DNA of 56,650 bases, the filler included, from Jimgerdemannia flammicorona (Eukaryota): the NCBI GenBank assembly GCA_003990765.1. It is 3 parts of 3 records of this genome, joined end to end, with 100 filler letters (N's around TTAATTAATTAA, not from the genome) between each part and the next. Parts side by side here need not be neighbours in the genome. Positions count along the whole stretch, not along the records: positions 18,922 to 37,737 come from RBNJ01002105.1; 2 more parts are not named here. One strand, 5' to 3'. Made by a program: the position numbers and the translations under genes. Below the pieces are notes generated by a model. The model searched no databases. It worked only from the letters and a program-made list of their open reading frames with translations, and was not told where the DNA came from. Positions 22,905 through 34,286 of this stretch are shown here, in pieces (position 1 is the stretch's first letter; the number at the start of each line of letters is the position of its first letter).

Positions 22905-25484
22905 ACCATATAGGCTTCTTCTTACTTGCCATCTTCTTTCTCTATCTTTGAGAGTACTTCTTTATTAATATTAATAGGAATTCATATCTTTTATTCTTGA
23001 TAGATAATCTGCATTTTCTAGAAATTTATGTTAATTATAGCCTTTGCTTTGTAAAGCCACTAGTTGCTCCTCTAAACATGATAGAGATATCTCAAATCTT
23101 CTTTAGAGGGGTGACTCTTGTATTATCTGCTATAATGAATATCAATTTTATAGCTTTTTTAATTTTCCAACCAAGACAGTCTATAGCTGTCTTACTGGAG
23201 AGGTATTCTTTTCTTTCTATATTAATGATAGCTTCAAGGATCCTGTCCTCAATCTGGTAGCTAATATATATAGAGATCTTATAGTTGTCTTCTTTACTTT
23301 ATTCACCTAAATTCTTCTATACATTATTGGCTTCAACTATCTTCTACTCTTAATTCTTAACTATTTCTGAGAGTCTCAATCTTATTTACTATCTTGAGAT
23401 AGAGATTTCTGTCAACTCTCTAAAGGTTGTATTGACCTTTTGCTAGAGAGATCCTTGAAGATATAATATTAAAAGGAATTTCTCTTTTGTAGCTTCTTCC
23501 TCTTTTCTTTTTCAATATTATGAGTATTACCTTAGATAATATCTTCAACTACTTATTTGAGTTCTATATCTCAATTCATTTTTTCAGCTATAATTTCAAT
23601 TTTTGTAGATACTTCTGTCTGTTCTTCTACAGACTATTCTACTACTTTCTTTTTAGATCTTCCTGGTGGCCTCTTGTAGGGTTTCTGACAGACATTCTTT
23701 TTAGAGATATGTAAGGACTAGATAAGCTTCTCATTATTTCTCTTCCTCTGAATCTCTAATCTCTCAAAGGTGATAGTATTGGTCTATTTATAGTTCCTGA
23801 TAGCATTGTTTGGCTGAGTCTTATACTTAGTCTCACTCATATATTTATAGGAGTAGTGGCCTTCTCTGTAAGTACAGTAGATTTCTCTCTTCTTATCTAT
23901 AGTAGTGGTAAACATCTCAACTGAGCAACAATCTCTTCCTCTGATTTTCTTTACTATATCTTCCAGATGAGTAGTTATTTCAGCAAACTTTTTTACAAGT
24001 TCCTCCATATCATCACTATTCCTTTTACTACTATATAACCTTAAATTGAGATATATTTCAATTGATTATAGTTATAGGAATTACACTGGTCCCCTTGGGT
24101 ACCTCAATTTTAACTTCTATAACTCTCTTTATTATGTAGTCTTGAGAGTATCTGACTATCTAATATTGCTGAGCATAAGTTACCTTCTGTGCTACGTTCA
24201 GAACTATTAGTACTAATCAGATTGCCATAGCTATCTCTGTTTGAATTTCTTTCATAAAGATTGCTTCAGCTACTTCATTTCAATAATATTAGCATAATTG
24301 ATCAATAGTAGATTTAGATATAGAAGATATTTGGGGCTTCATTTATTCCTTAATAGATATTATTGAATTAGTTCTTCAGAACCTACTTTATTTTATCTAT
24401 ATAGTAGGTAGCTTGCAACCAGGTCTTCTATATTATCAATATTAAAGCATTATTATTTTCAGTATGATTTATAGCTATAAATTTAGTTCTTAATAATCCT
24501 TGGGGACTAAATAGTATTAGAACCACTTGTTATTGAGCTGATAGAGTCTTTATAGTAGTATATTGTTTGAAATAATTAAGGAAGGTAATAACTTATTCAT
24601 TAGTTTATAGAATACTAGTAATCTTATATCTATCTTTTCTATATGTCTTGATTTTATTTGAGTATGTATTTAGATAGTAGTTGTTGTTTATTATTTAGCT
24701 TAAAAGTGAGAGATTTATCTTGAATTACTAGTTAATAAGTACTAAGTTATAACATAGCAGATATATACTAGCAAAAGTATGGTAAATTTCTTTATCTTGA
24801 ATACTTGATCTGATTTGACTCTTCAGAGTCCTTGGGTATAGGGGTGGGTAAGTTTGAAGTATATTTATCTACAGACTTACTAGTTTCTTATCTCTTTGCT
24901 TGAACTATTTTAATCTGCGATTTATTTACTCTATATACTAGAGATATTTATATAAGTTTATATATAGGCTATATAATAACTGTGTAACTTAGTAGAGTGA
25001 GGAGTAGAGAAGAAGAGTAGAGTATTGTTTATTATTTTAGATAGTACATATTTATATATTGTATAATATAACTTAAAGATAATATAGTTGTATATATATA
25101 AGTCACATTATTGAAATATTAAAATAATAGAAATTTCAATATTCTTAATCAATGAGATAATATGCAATATAAGTAAAAATACAATATATTGCAAGAATAT
25201 AGTATAACTAAGTAATAACTATAAAATGACTGTGAATGCACTAAAAGAATACTATCTACCTAGACTTAAAACATGAGAAACTATAGTGAAAATAAAGGAT
25301 ATAGAAAGATTCCAATAGTAGAAAATCTCAAATATAGAAGAAGAAAGAAAGAATAATGCAATATAATACTTGAAGAGAGAGAAATATAAAGAGATATATT
25401 GTATTATTTTTCTGCTTCTTTTTTGTTATAATATATCTCATAATTATCTATTATCTATTACTGATATATATATATAGTTTATTA

Positions 25485-25585
25485 TAAGACTCATTTCTTT
25501 AGTACATTGCTTAAATTTAGGTCCTATAAGGACTTTGGTGAGTGAATCTGCAATTATATACTCTATAGAGATATATTCTAAGTAT
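25485..25585 (-). pseudogene. Copia RNase H C-terminal fragment
   Basis: LEYISIEYIIADSLTKVLIGPKFKQCTKEMSL (Copia ADxLTK motif). Confidence 0.8.
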
Positions 25586-27279
25586 TGTGATGAGCAATAG
25601 AATTGTACTACCAAATTCATAAATTGGCCATATATCATATCTAGTGCACTAAGCAACCAAGACTACTTTACTGCACCAATCTGTATAATTAGCCAGAGAT
25701 ACCAGAAACAGTATGTTTATCTGTACTAAGGAGGTACACTATACTAAGTGAGTACACCATACCCAGTGGGTACACTGTATCCTCCAGGAATACTTACTAT
25801 AGATAGTAATCTATAGTTAGCAATATAGTAATCAGTAGCAATCACAACTGTATAAATTACCTCAGAGACAAGAGTGAATAAACCTCAGTTTGAAAAGTTG
25901 AAGCAAACCAAAAAAGCCTCTAAATATTGAGCATTGGTCCCCTTTTACCTACTCTGGTCCACTTTCCAATACAAAGATTGATTAGTATACTTACCAGATA
26001 AGCCTGAAGATTTGCTAACAAAGTTCAAGAAAGAACTTTGCCACCTTTCAAAGAGAAATTCACTACTTAAGAAATAAGTCACTGATTCTAAGTTACCCAC
26101 ATTCCCAGAGAGCCCACTATATGGAACCTTACTATAAGCCAGTCTATTAGATGCAACTTTGCAGTAATTCATTCATACAAACAAAGCCAGTCTTTGAGGT
26201 AACTTGCCAAGAATCTGCAACACCTGAGTTATCTGCACTATCTGAGTTATTATTCAAGAAGCCTGCTGATTCCAGAGAATCTGTACCAAATCAAGTTATC
26301 CACCAAATCACATGAGGAACCCATCATACTATAGAGAGATCACTACACCAAAATCATCATGCCAAGATTGTCATACAGAAATTGCATACTTTTGGAGATC
26401 ACTATACTATACAAAAGATCATCATATATACTTTTAGAGAACAGCTGCACCACAAATTTCTGCTACTCCCAGAGAACTGCCCCAATAAGGAAATCAGCAT
26501 ACAAATTCCTTGCAGATATCCAGCTTTGACTATTATACCACTTAACACCAAGGACCTTAGGAAACTTAGAACATTTTGTTGCTTTTGACAAAGTAACTAG
26601 AGGTTCAAGCCAAACTACATCAACTCCCAACCTTGTAATTTGCCTCTATTGAGTCAGGCATATTACAAATGAGAACTCAACTAAGAAGATTTCAAAATTC
26701 CAGATGGATGAGGCACCATAGGTGCTGAAGTCTGTCCCAGACTTTGCGAGCTTGGGGAGGACTATTAAGAGTTGATTTCTGCTGTCTAGAAAGTGATGGC
26801 AAACTTTATTTGTCTTAAAAATAGTGGTTTTACATGTAACTGTGAATTCATCTGTCTAAGACATATGTGTGAGACATTTGTATAAAATATAGTAATAAAA
26901 GTGTCTCTGCTCTCATAGAGTTCCCTTAGCCAAAAAAGATTAGCAGTGAGCCCAAAGTAGAAGTAAGAAAAAAAGAAAAAAAAAAAAACCCCCCTGGTGG
27001 CCAGGGCCATTGGGGAAAAGAAGAACCCATAATAAGGAAATGGAAAGAGTGAGAATGGGTAGGAAACCAACTCTTCATGGTCCTCCCCAAGCTCATAAAG
27101 TCTGGGACAGACTTTGGCACCTACAGTGCCTTGTCCATCCGGGACTAAGCTTTGCTTGGTCTTGGACCATTTCAGAGTTAGTTGTTCATAGATTGGAGAT
27201 GAGTGGGGCACTGGGCTAGCATAGTGGCCTTGTACCAGAGGACTGTGTATACTAAAGATTTTGCCCAAGAGGTCTTGGA

Positions 27280-28200
27280 AAGAACTGGTGACCTGTGGGA
27301 TAGATGGTAGTGATGTTCAAAAGTGGTCTTGGAGCTCCAGTTCCTGCTCTCTAGGACTTCATCAACAGGAGTTCCCCCTTCCAATGGCTCAGTGGAGGAT
27401 TCTGCCTGAACAGAATGAGGGCAGTGGATGGAGTCGATGCCAGTGGCCACTATGCATTCTGAAAACCAGTTGCGAAGGCAGTCAGTGATTAAGTTATGAT
27501 AGGGAGAGTATGTGCTGATAAAGAGGCAGTCTCTGTCATATTGTCATATGGTGGGCATAGGGGTTCTGTTTCATGTGTCCAGTAGTAGATCCAGTATACT
27601 GGGCACATGTCCTTATCCTCCAGAAGTACCAGGATAGAGCAGGAGGTTTTGAAGAGAGAGTCAGGCATACATTCCTTGGTCATGTCTGCAGTGAGAACCA
27701 TTTTGGCAGGCCAGTCACCTAGGCCACCACAGAAATCCATGGTCACCCAATATTGGGCAAAGTAACTTGCAATATGCCATGATATGCAAAGCACAAAAAG
27801 GATATGGGTTTTCTTGCCATGTAGGATCTACTGCTTGATAGAGTCAAAGGGGCCCAAAGAGGCCAACCAGTAGATGAGAACAGAGACATCCCACTGCTGG
27901 GCCTTATCCTTGGGTAGGGGGGGGCATAAGTTGTCTGCCCCCCAGATGAGGTGAGAGACTGTAGGGAGTTTGGAGAAATAGACACTATTGACAGCAGGGG
28001 TCCATTAGCTGATGGTGGTGTGGATGCTGTAGAGTTGTCAGGTACTTATGTCCTTATGAAAGAGATGGGCAAGGTAGTTCATCTGCTGCTCAGTAGATGT
28101 ACAAAGGGGATCAATATACTATTGACAACACCAACAGATATAGTACTGGTAGGCAGACTCATAGTTTTTGCAGGAAGAGGTCCAGATACTGATGCAGATG
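27280..28200 (-). pseudogene. DIRS tyrosine recombinase remnant
   Basis: LCISWHIAS, TKE, MCPV, PHSVQAESST, RNWSSKTTFEHHY (degenerate R-K-HxxR-W-Y set). Confidence 0.85.
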
Positions 28201-28354
28201 AGATTGTGAGCTGGCTCTGCCAGGACCATGGTGTCTGGGGAGTGCTGCTGATTAGCCAGGCAAGGGCATCCCAATGGCATGTCTGTATGGCCACCATCAG
28301 AGCCCAATGTGGAAGGAGAATCAGGGGGGCTACTGCCATCCCCAGGAGTTTGGG

Positions 28355-28600
28355 CCACTAGCTCTGTTGTGGCCAGAAAGGGATGATGAGGATGAGGTGA
28401 GAGCATTGGTCCTCCTTCACCTTGCAGAGTATATGATTGATCAGGATCCAAGGAGGGTTTACATATGCCCCAGTTGGAGGCCAGTGGTATTGAAAAGCAT
28501 CCATCCCCAAGGTTTTGGAGTCAGCCCACCAGCTATAGAAGAGGGGGGTCTGTATGGTCATTCATGAGGTAAATAGGTTGAGTTGAACCGGGCCCCACAG
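28355..28600 (-). pseudogene. DIRS Dam-like N6-adenine methyltransferase domain
   Basis: DAFQYHWPPTGAYVNPPWILINHILCKVKEDQ...LIIPFWPQQS (NPPW motif). Confidence 0.88.
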
Positions 28601-28659
28601 GTGGTGTAGGCATTGGAATACTGCTGGGTGCAGCTTCCAGTCATTGGGGTCAGGATGGA

Positions 28660-29480
28660 GGCAGCTTAAAAAGTCTGCCTAAATATTCTCCAAACCTGAG
28701 AGGTATTCTGTGAAGAGGTGAATGCAATGTGTCATGCAGATTGAGTGGATACATGTTGCAATAGTATAGAGGTGGTGGAGAGAGCCTTTCTGTTTGTTGA
28801 CAAATGCCTGTATGGTCATATTGTCTGTCCGGACCAGGACCATATGGTTCCACCAGTGGTGTGAGTTGATCTGGAGGGCAAAGAGAACTGTCTTCAACTC
28901 ATGGTAGTTGATGGACAGGCAGTACTCTGAGGATGTCCAGGTGCTGGCTGCCTGCCATACAGTATGACTGATGTTGGTAGTAGAGGAGGAGATCTTGAAA
29001 CCCCATCCCACATTGCTGGCATCTGTGTCCATCATGATCTTGGGGACCTCGGTGAGGAGAGAGTAGCTGTTCTATCCCAACAGTTCATGGGACCACCAAT
29101 GGAGGTTGGTCAATGATGCCTGGGAAAGTGTCATCCATCTATTTCAATCGGAGTGGTAGAGGGCGGCCTGTATATCACAGATGAGTGCCCAAATATGAAA
29201 GTGTGCAGAGAAGATGGCCTGGGTCGTGGAATTGCAGAGGCCAATCAGAGAGGCCACCTTGTGGATCGGGATACTGGGTTTGGAGGCCCAATGAAGGAGG
29301 GAGGCTATCTTCTTGCAGATCTTGTATACCTTGTCCCTTGGCAGGCATAGCTCCATAGCATTGGTATCTATCAGGAACCAAAGGAATGTCTGAACTTGCT
29401 TGGGGTCCCATGTACATTTCATCAGATGGAAGAGGAACCCCAAGGTCTCCAGATGGTTGCAGATCATCTTAGTGGTGGGT
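28660..29480 (-). pseudogene. DIRS RT C-terminus plus RNase H
   Basis: HLETLGF...KCTWDPKQVQTFLWFLID; MDTDASNVGWG, INYHELKTV, VRTDNMT, YLSGLENI*ADFLS. Confidence 0.9.
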
Positions 29481-29689
29481 GTTGTTGCATCTGGCCCTGG
29501 TGTCCAGCTTCGGAAGCTGCCCCACTGACTTGGGGTACAGTTCTGAGAAGATTGGGGAGAGTGGTGGAAGTCAGGGCATTGGTCACCCTGGGATCCATTT
29601 CCCCAGCCCTGGCTCCTAGAGGTGAATTTGCCATGGGCAGAGGAGGAGTTGTTCCAAGAGGTGGAGGGCTTGCTAGAGGCTGCTCGAAC

Positions 29690-30528
29690 CATAAGTCAGT
29701 GTTTCTGATATCTTGCATCATCCTGGAAGTGGCAGATGAAGTTAGTGCTGAAGAGGTTGCCATCATACTCAGAGTCAGATGTGACCATGTGGCATACAGA
29801 GATAAGGGTGGAGGACCATCCTGCAGCTTTGGTTAGGTCGACCCAATGGCAGATACAGATGCTTTCTACCTTATAGAATCCAATCTGAAGGGAGTCTTGG
29901 AGTTTTTCCACTATAGGGATAATGACAGTATCATGGACCAAGCCTTGGTGAACATTGGCCCCATCACTCTATGGTTCAAGGGTATGGAGGAGAATGGTGA
30001 TGGGGTGGAGCATGTTGTAGATTGCACATTGTGAGTTGGCAAGGATGCGGTTGGCATCTTAAGTGGCTTTGGAGAAATCATCAAGGAATGCCTCATCAAT
30101 GGAGAGAGTTTGAAAGACACCACCCTTGGGCTCCAGGTTGTGGCAGATGAGCTTCCTAAGGCTGAGAGGGGTGTGCATGGATGTATTTAGTGAGAATGAC
30201 ATTGGTGAAGGTGGGTGGGACATGAAAATGGCTGAGAGCTCTTGTTCTTGTGGCTGTGAGGAATTTCTCATCACTGCCATATTGTCAACAGGGGCATTGT
30301 CATCCATATCATCAGGGTGCCCATCAGGTCCAGAGACTGGGCCCCTGGCACATCCCATTTGTCAGAGGAAGAGAGAATTGATGATATGCTGTTGTTCACA
30401 TTTAATCACAATAGCTGGATCTGGCAGTGCAGGGCGGAGGCTGACTGTGACCACCTCAGAGACCTGCTGAATGAACTTGGCCCATTCAACCAAGGCAGCC
30501 TGTTATTGTTGTTGTTGAAGTTGTTCAT
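29690..30528 (-). pseudogene. DIRS ORF1 (gag-like) remnant
   Basis: In-frame segments 30059-30358 and 29696-29941 lie between the left ITR and pol; assignment is by position. Confidence 0.65.
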
Positions 30529-31662
30529 GGTTCATAGTCAGAAAAGTTTGGAGGGTTAAAAGTAAGAAGGTGAACTGCCAAGCTTTCAAAATGGCTAAGG
30601 GAACTCTATGGGAGCAGGGACATTGTTATTACTATGTTTTACACAAATGTCTCACACATATATCTTAGACAGATAAATTCACAGTTACATGTAAAACCAC
30701 TATTTCTAAGACAAATAAAGTATATCATTGCTTTCTAGATGGCAGAAACCAACTCTGAAATAGTCTGAGACCAAGTGAAGCTTAGTCACTGTAACTTTTC
30801 AGCTCATAAGAACCCACAGTCAAACTGGATATATTTGATACAACACCAATCTCTGTCACTATAGAAGAACCAGTCATCACCAGCATCTGGATAGGAAGAG
30901 AAGTAATCACTTCAAGACTTGCTAAAGAGCAAATAGATATAGTCCCAGGATTCTTTGATATCAGACAAGGAACTATCTGGAGTGAGTATGACAAGAAGGA
31001 TGATAAAAAAGACATCCTGGTCAAAGCTCTACAAGGACTCCTTCAAGGATAGGAAAGATCCAAAGAAAGAAGGCCAGTTAAAGAAGAAAAGAAAAATAGG
31101 AGCAAAATTCAAGACCTTAGTTCCAAGTTGGACCAATTGGTTAAACAGATTGAAAAACTTACCACATGTGAAAATTGGAGCTATTAAGACAACAGAGGAT
31201 ACCAACCACAGAGGAACCAAGGTTATCCACCAAGAGATAATAAGAACTACCAGCAAGAAGAAAGAAAATACCCTGCCCAAGACAGAGCCCAAGTCCAATG
31301 CTTTTACTATAGATAATTAAGACACTATGCCACTAAATGTAACAAGAAGAAGTGACTGAAGGAATTCAAAACTACTAAACTGAAGGAATGAAACCCAGTA
31401 CAAGAAGACTGAAGCCCATCCTGTCGAAGATTTTGAAGAGAAAAGCAACAGTGAAGACTACAGTGACCTAGACTTATACCCAGCCAAAGTCAGTATCTGA
31501 AAGACAGTCTACCCAGTAGACAAAAGGAAGAGACCTATTGGAAGGTCATCCAGGAATATCAGCAGAAGAATTATCCAAGAAGAAGATGAAGAACATGAAG
31601 AGAAGCAAGTAGAAACACCTCCCCAGACTCCCTCACCTTTTGTCTCTGAGACAAATAAGTTG

Positions 31663-32145
31663 CACCTTTCACCAGTAACATTCAGGTGATATAAGACTCA
31701 GATAACACTTTCTGTAATATTTTTGGTAAAAGGAGACTATCAATATAAACAGCAATGAATATGCTGGTGAGCATGTCAGCCAGGGGAGCAGCAGTGCCTT
31801 TGACTGGCAGCATGTAGAGAGGAGGCAGGGAGCCAGTTTGAGGATGCCAGAGCCTTCTAGGGTTAGCTGTAGCATTAGTGGTAGAGGGAGGGGTGGATTG
31901 AGGTAACAAGGAGGGGGGAGGATAACCCTTGCTAACAAGATCAAGATGGAGAGAATGGCATCTGGTCTGAATTGTTGGTTGGGACTAGGGAAGATATTGA
32001 CAGCTTCTATTAGGGAATAGAGAGGGGCCCCCATAGGAGGGTTGGGCATAGAGTAGGGGCTGGGGATGTGACTGCTGATAGAGCTGTGCTGGGGATCTGG
32101 AAAAAAATCCAGATGTGATAGTTATTGACAGATCAGGACAGGCAT
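31663..32145 (+). mobile_element. 5' end of an older, diverged LINE copy
   Basis: Begins with the same CACCTTTCACCAGTAACATTCAGGTG as 32146 and continues into degenerate ORF1 sequence. Confidence 0.8.
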
Positions 32146-32227
32146 CACCTTTCACCAGTAACATTCAGGTGACACAAGACTCAGACAACACTTTCGACAA
32201 TGTTTTTGGTGAAAGGTGACTAGTAAC

Positions 32228-34255
32228 ATGGAGAGCAATGACCATACAGGTGCACATACTAGGTCGGGTAGATCTAGGGCCTTCAACTGGCAGCAGGTGG
32301 GAAGGGGTTATGGCCTGGGGATGGGGGCTTTTGGAGGACCAAAGAATGGAGAAGGCTCTGGAGGGAGACCAGTGTCTGGTGGCAATGGGGGAAGATCTGG
32401 TCTCCCGAGCTTCACTGATAAGATTAAGGGGAGTGGGTGGCCAGCTGGTAATAGGGCTGGTGCTGCTGAGGAGAAAGGCAAGGTGAGCCTTGGGAGGGAG
32501 GGCAGTGCTCTGGCTGGGAGTCCAGGTGTAGGGGCTGGAGGTGCTGTGGCTGGGGGTGTGACTGTTGATGGGAGTGTGACAGGGAATCAGAAAAAAAAAG
32601 GAGATGTGATGGCTGATGGCCAGGGGGGGCAGGGGTTCCCAATGCAGAAGGGGGACCTGGCGGATGGTATAATGGGGCTGACAGTGACCCCATTGCTCAA
32701 GAAGTCGATCTCGGAGTTTGCAGTGACCTTGTGCTTCCAGGGCTTAGTGGTGACAGCGAGGATGGTCCTGGGGCTTGTCTCAAAGCAGGTGGCTGGGGCA
32801 GCCTCGGTGAAGTTCTTGAAGGGTCTGGAGGGAGTCGAGGTGGGATTTGAGGAGGCCAGTCCACTAGATGAGGCACTGAAGACTGGAGTCATGGTTGGGG
32901 AGGTGGTGGTCCCCATGGTGCAGTGCTTGTGATGGGACCCCAGAGTGGTGCAGCTTCTGGTGAAGGGGGTGCCCACAGTGACCAAGGAGGAGACTAGGAA
33001 GCGGGTGGAGGAGGTGATGATTGAGTATGGTGACATGGTGGACATTGGCTTTCAAGTGTGGGAGGGGATGATGATCAGGACGGATGATATTGACGTCAGG
33101 ATTCGGCTGGCAGGAAAGAATGCCACGGGGAAGGCAAGTGACTGGCCTTCTGTGCTGATGTGGGGGGTATTCATCTGTAAGGTATCGAGGGTGAAGGGGA
33201 GTAAGGAGGAGGAGGAGGACTTATTGGAGGCACTGGAGGAGATGAGTGGAGCTGTAGAGAGGAGGGCGAGGGCCTGGAAGATGTATGAGGAGTCGACACA
33301 TCTGGAGGTTGTGGAGGGGAAGTGCATCTGCATGAACAAAGGGCAGTGGGAGCAGACACAGGGGCATAGGAGGCAGAGGGAGTTACTGGCGAGTATGACA
33401 GCCGAGGTGAAGAAGAAGGCAGTTGGGGCTGAGGTGTCTGGGGGTGTCGAGGCCAGTGTCTGGGCTAGTAATGGGGTAGGGGAGGTGGAGGTAGGCAAGG
33501 AAGGAGATGGGAAGGTGCTGAGCAAGGACCCTTTTGCTGATGGCACCCTTGAGGTCTGGGAGCCGGAATTGGACTCCACCCCCCCCCCTCTGATCAGGAG
33601 GGGCCCAGCTGCAAAGAGAAGAGCATCAGAGGATGTGATGATGAAGGGGGCCCAGCGAGTGCATTTTGGGGTCCCTGATGTGGTGAAAGGGGGATAAGTG
33701 GTAGCGGCTGGCGAGGATGAGCTGGTGGATATCCCTGAGGAGGAGTGGGATGAGGCTGCCAGTGTGGGTGCTGACACCACAATGTTGGATACAGGATGGC
33801 CAGGGTCTCCTGGAGGGAAGGAGGTAGGAAACTTGCTGTGGATGAGCAAGGTGATGGATAACCTCGTGGCTGATGCATTGGGAGAAGTGGACCTGCAGGT
33901 TATGCCTGAGGGGCCCTGGGAGAGGATTCTGCATAGTGAGGGAGTAGTGGAGGTGCTGAAGGGGGAGATTCTTGTGATCCTCTTAAAGGAGGAGGGATAT
34001 GAGGTTTATGAGGTGAGGAAGGCGGAGCTGGTGGTGGCTGCAGGTGAGCAGGCAATATACTGCTGGGCTGAGTGGCATGGTTTGTAGCTCTAGAGGGAGG
34101 CCTGTCTGGAGTATCAAGAGGAATTTGAGGAGAGGGAAGATGAGGTGATGGTAGAACTCCTGGGAGGATTAGAGGCTCGGGAAGCTGGGGATAGGGAACT
34201 AGCTGCTGAATGTGAATTGGACTTGGTGTAGGAGGAGCTGAATGTGGACTTGTAG
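32228..34255 (+). pseudogene. LINE ORF1 (about 675 codons, few premature stops)
   Basis: ORF-track segments 32216, 32945 and 33698 share one frame; RRM-like segment VQLLVKGVP...YGDMVDI...VRIRL...WPSVL. Confidence 0.8.
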
Positions 34256-34286
34256 AGGATGGGATTACTTTCTAACATTATTCCTT

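Larger units (their letters stand above)
20196..24980 (-). mobile_element. Second family A Ty3/Gypsy copy (partial LTR, gag, PR, dUTPase, RT start), interrupted by a MITE and a LINE
   Basis: MEELVKKFAEITTHLEDIVKKIRGRDCC matches the gag of copy 1; dUTPase at ~21560-21980 (SSSLAK...GVINSDYIREI); VYIDN ~20240; LTR and PBS remnant from 24748. Confidence 0.9.
26700..30787 (-). mobile_element. DIRS1-type tyrosine-recombinase retrotransposon, internally deleted
   Basis: Inverted terminal repeats 26760-26932 / 30592-30765; internal complementary region 27063-27183 pairs with both extreme ends; gag, RT C-terminus, RNase H, methyltransferase-like and YR domains in the expected order. Confidence 0.95.
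25586..31662 (+). mobile_element. LTR-retrotransposon fragment (putative LTR 25586-26667 plus gag), split by a DIRS insertion and cut by LINEs
   Basis: TGTGAT...ATTACA ends with a TATAAA/AATAAA block at ~25850-25882 resembling family A LTRs; gag-like frame ~30790-31660 with degenerate knuckle QCFYYR*LRHYATKC at ~31300. Confidence 0.6.

Noticed and set aside
33052..33849. 265-aa antisense ORF, and the other Ser/Pro-rich minus-strand ORFs over LINEs
   Set aside because: Shadow frames of a G-rich coding strand; low complexity, no motifs
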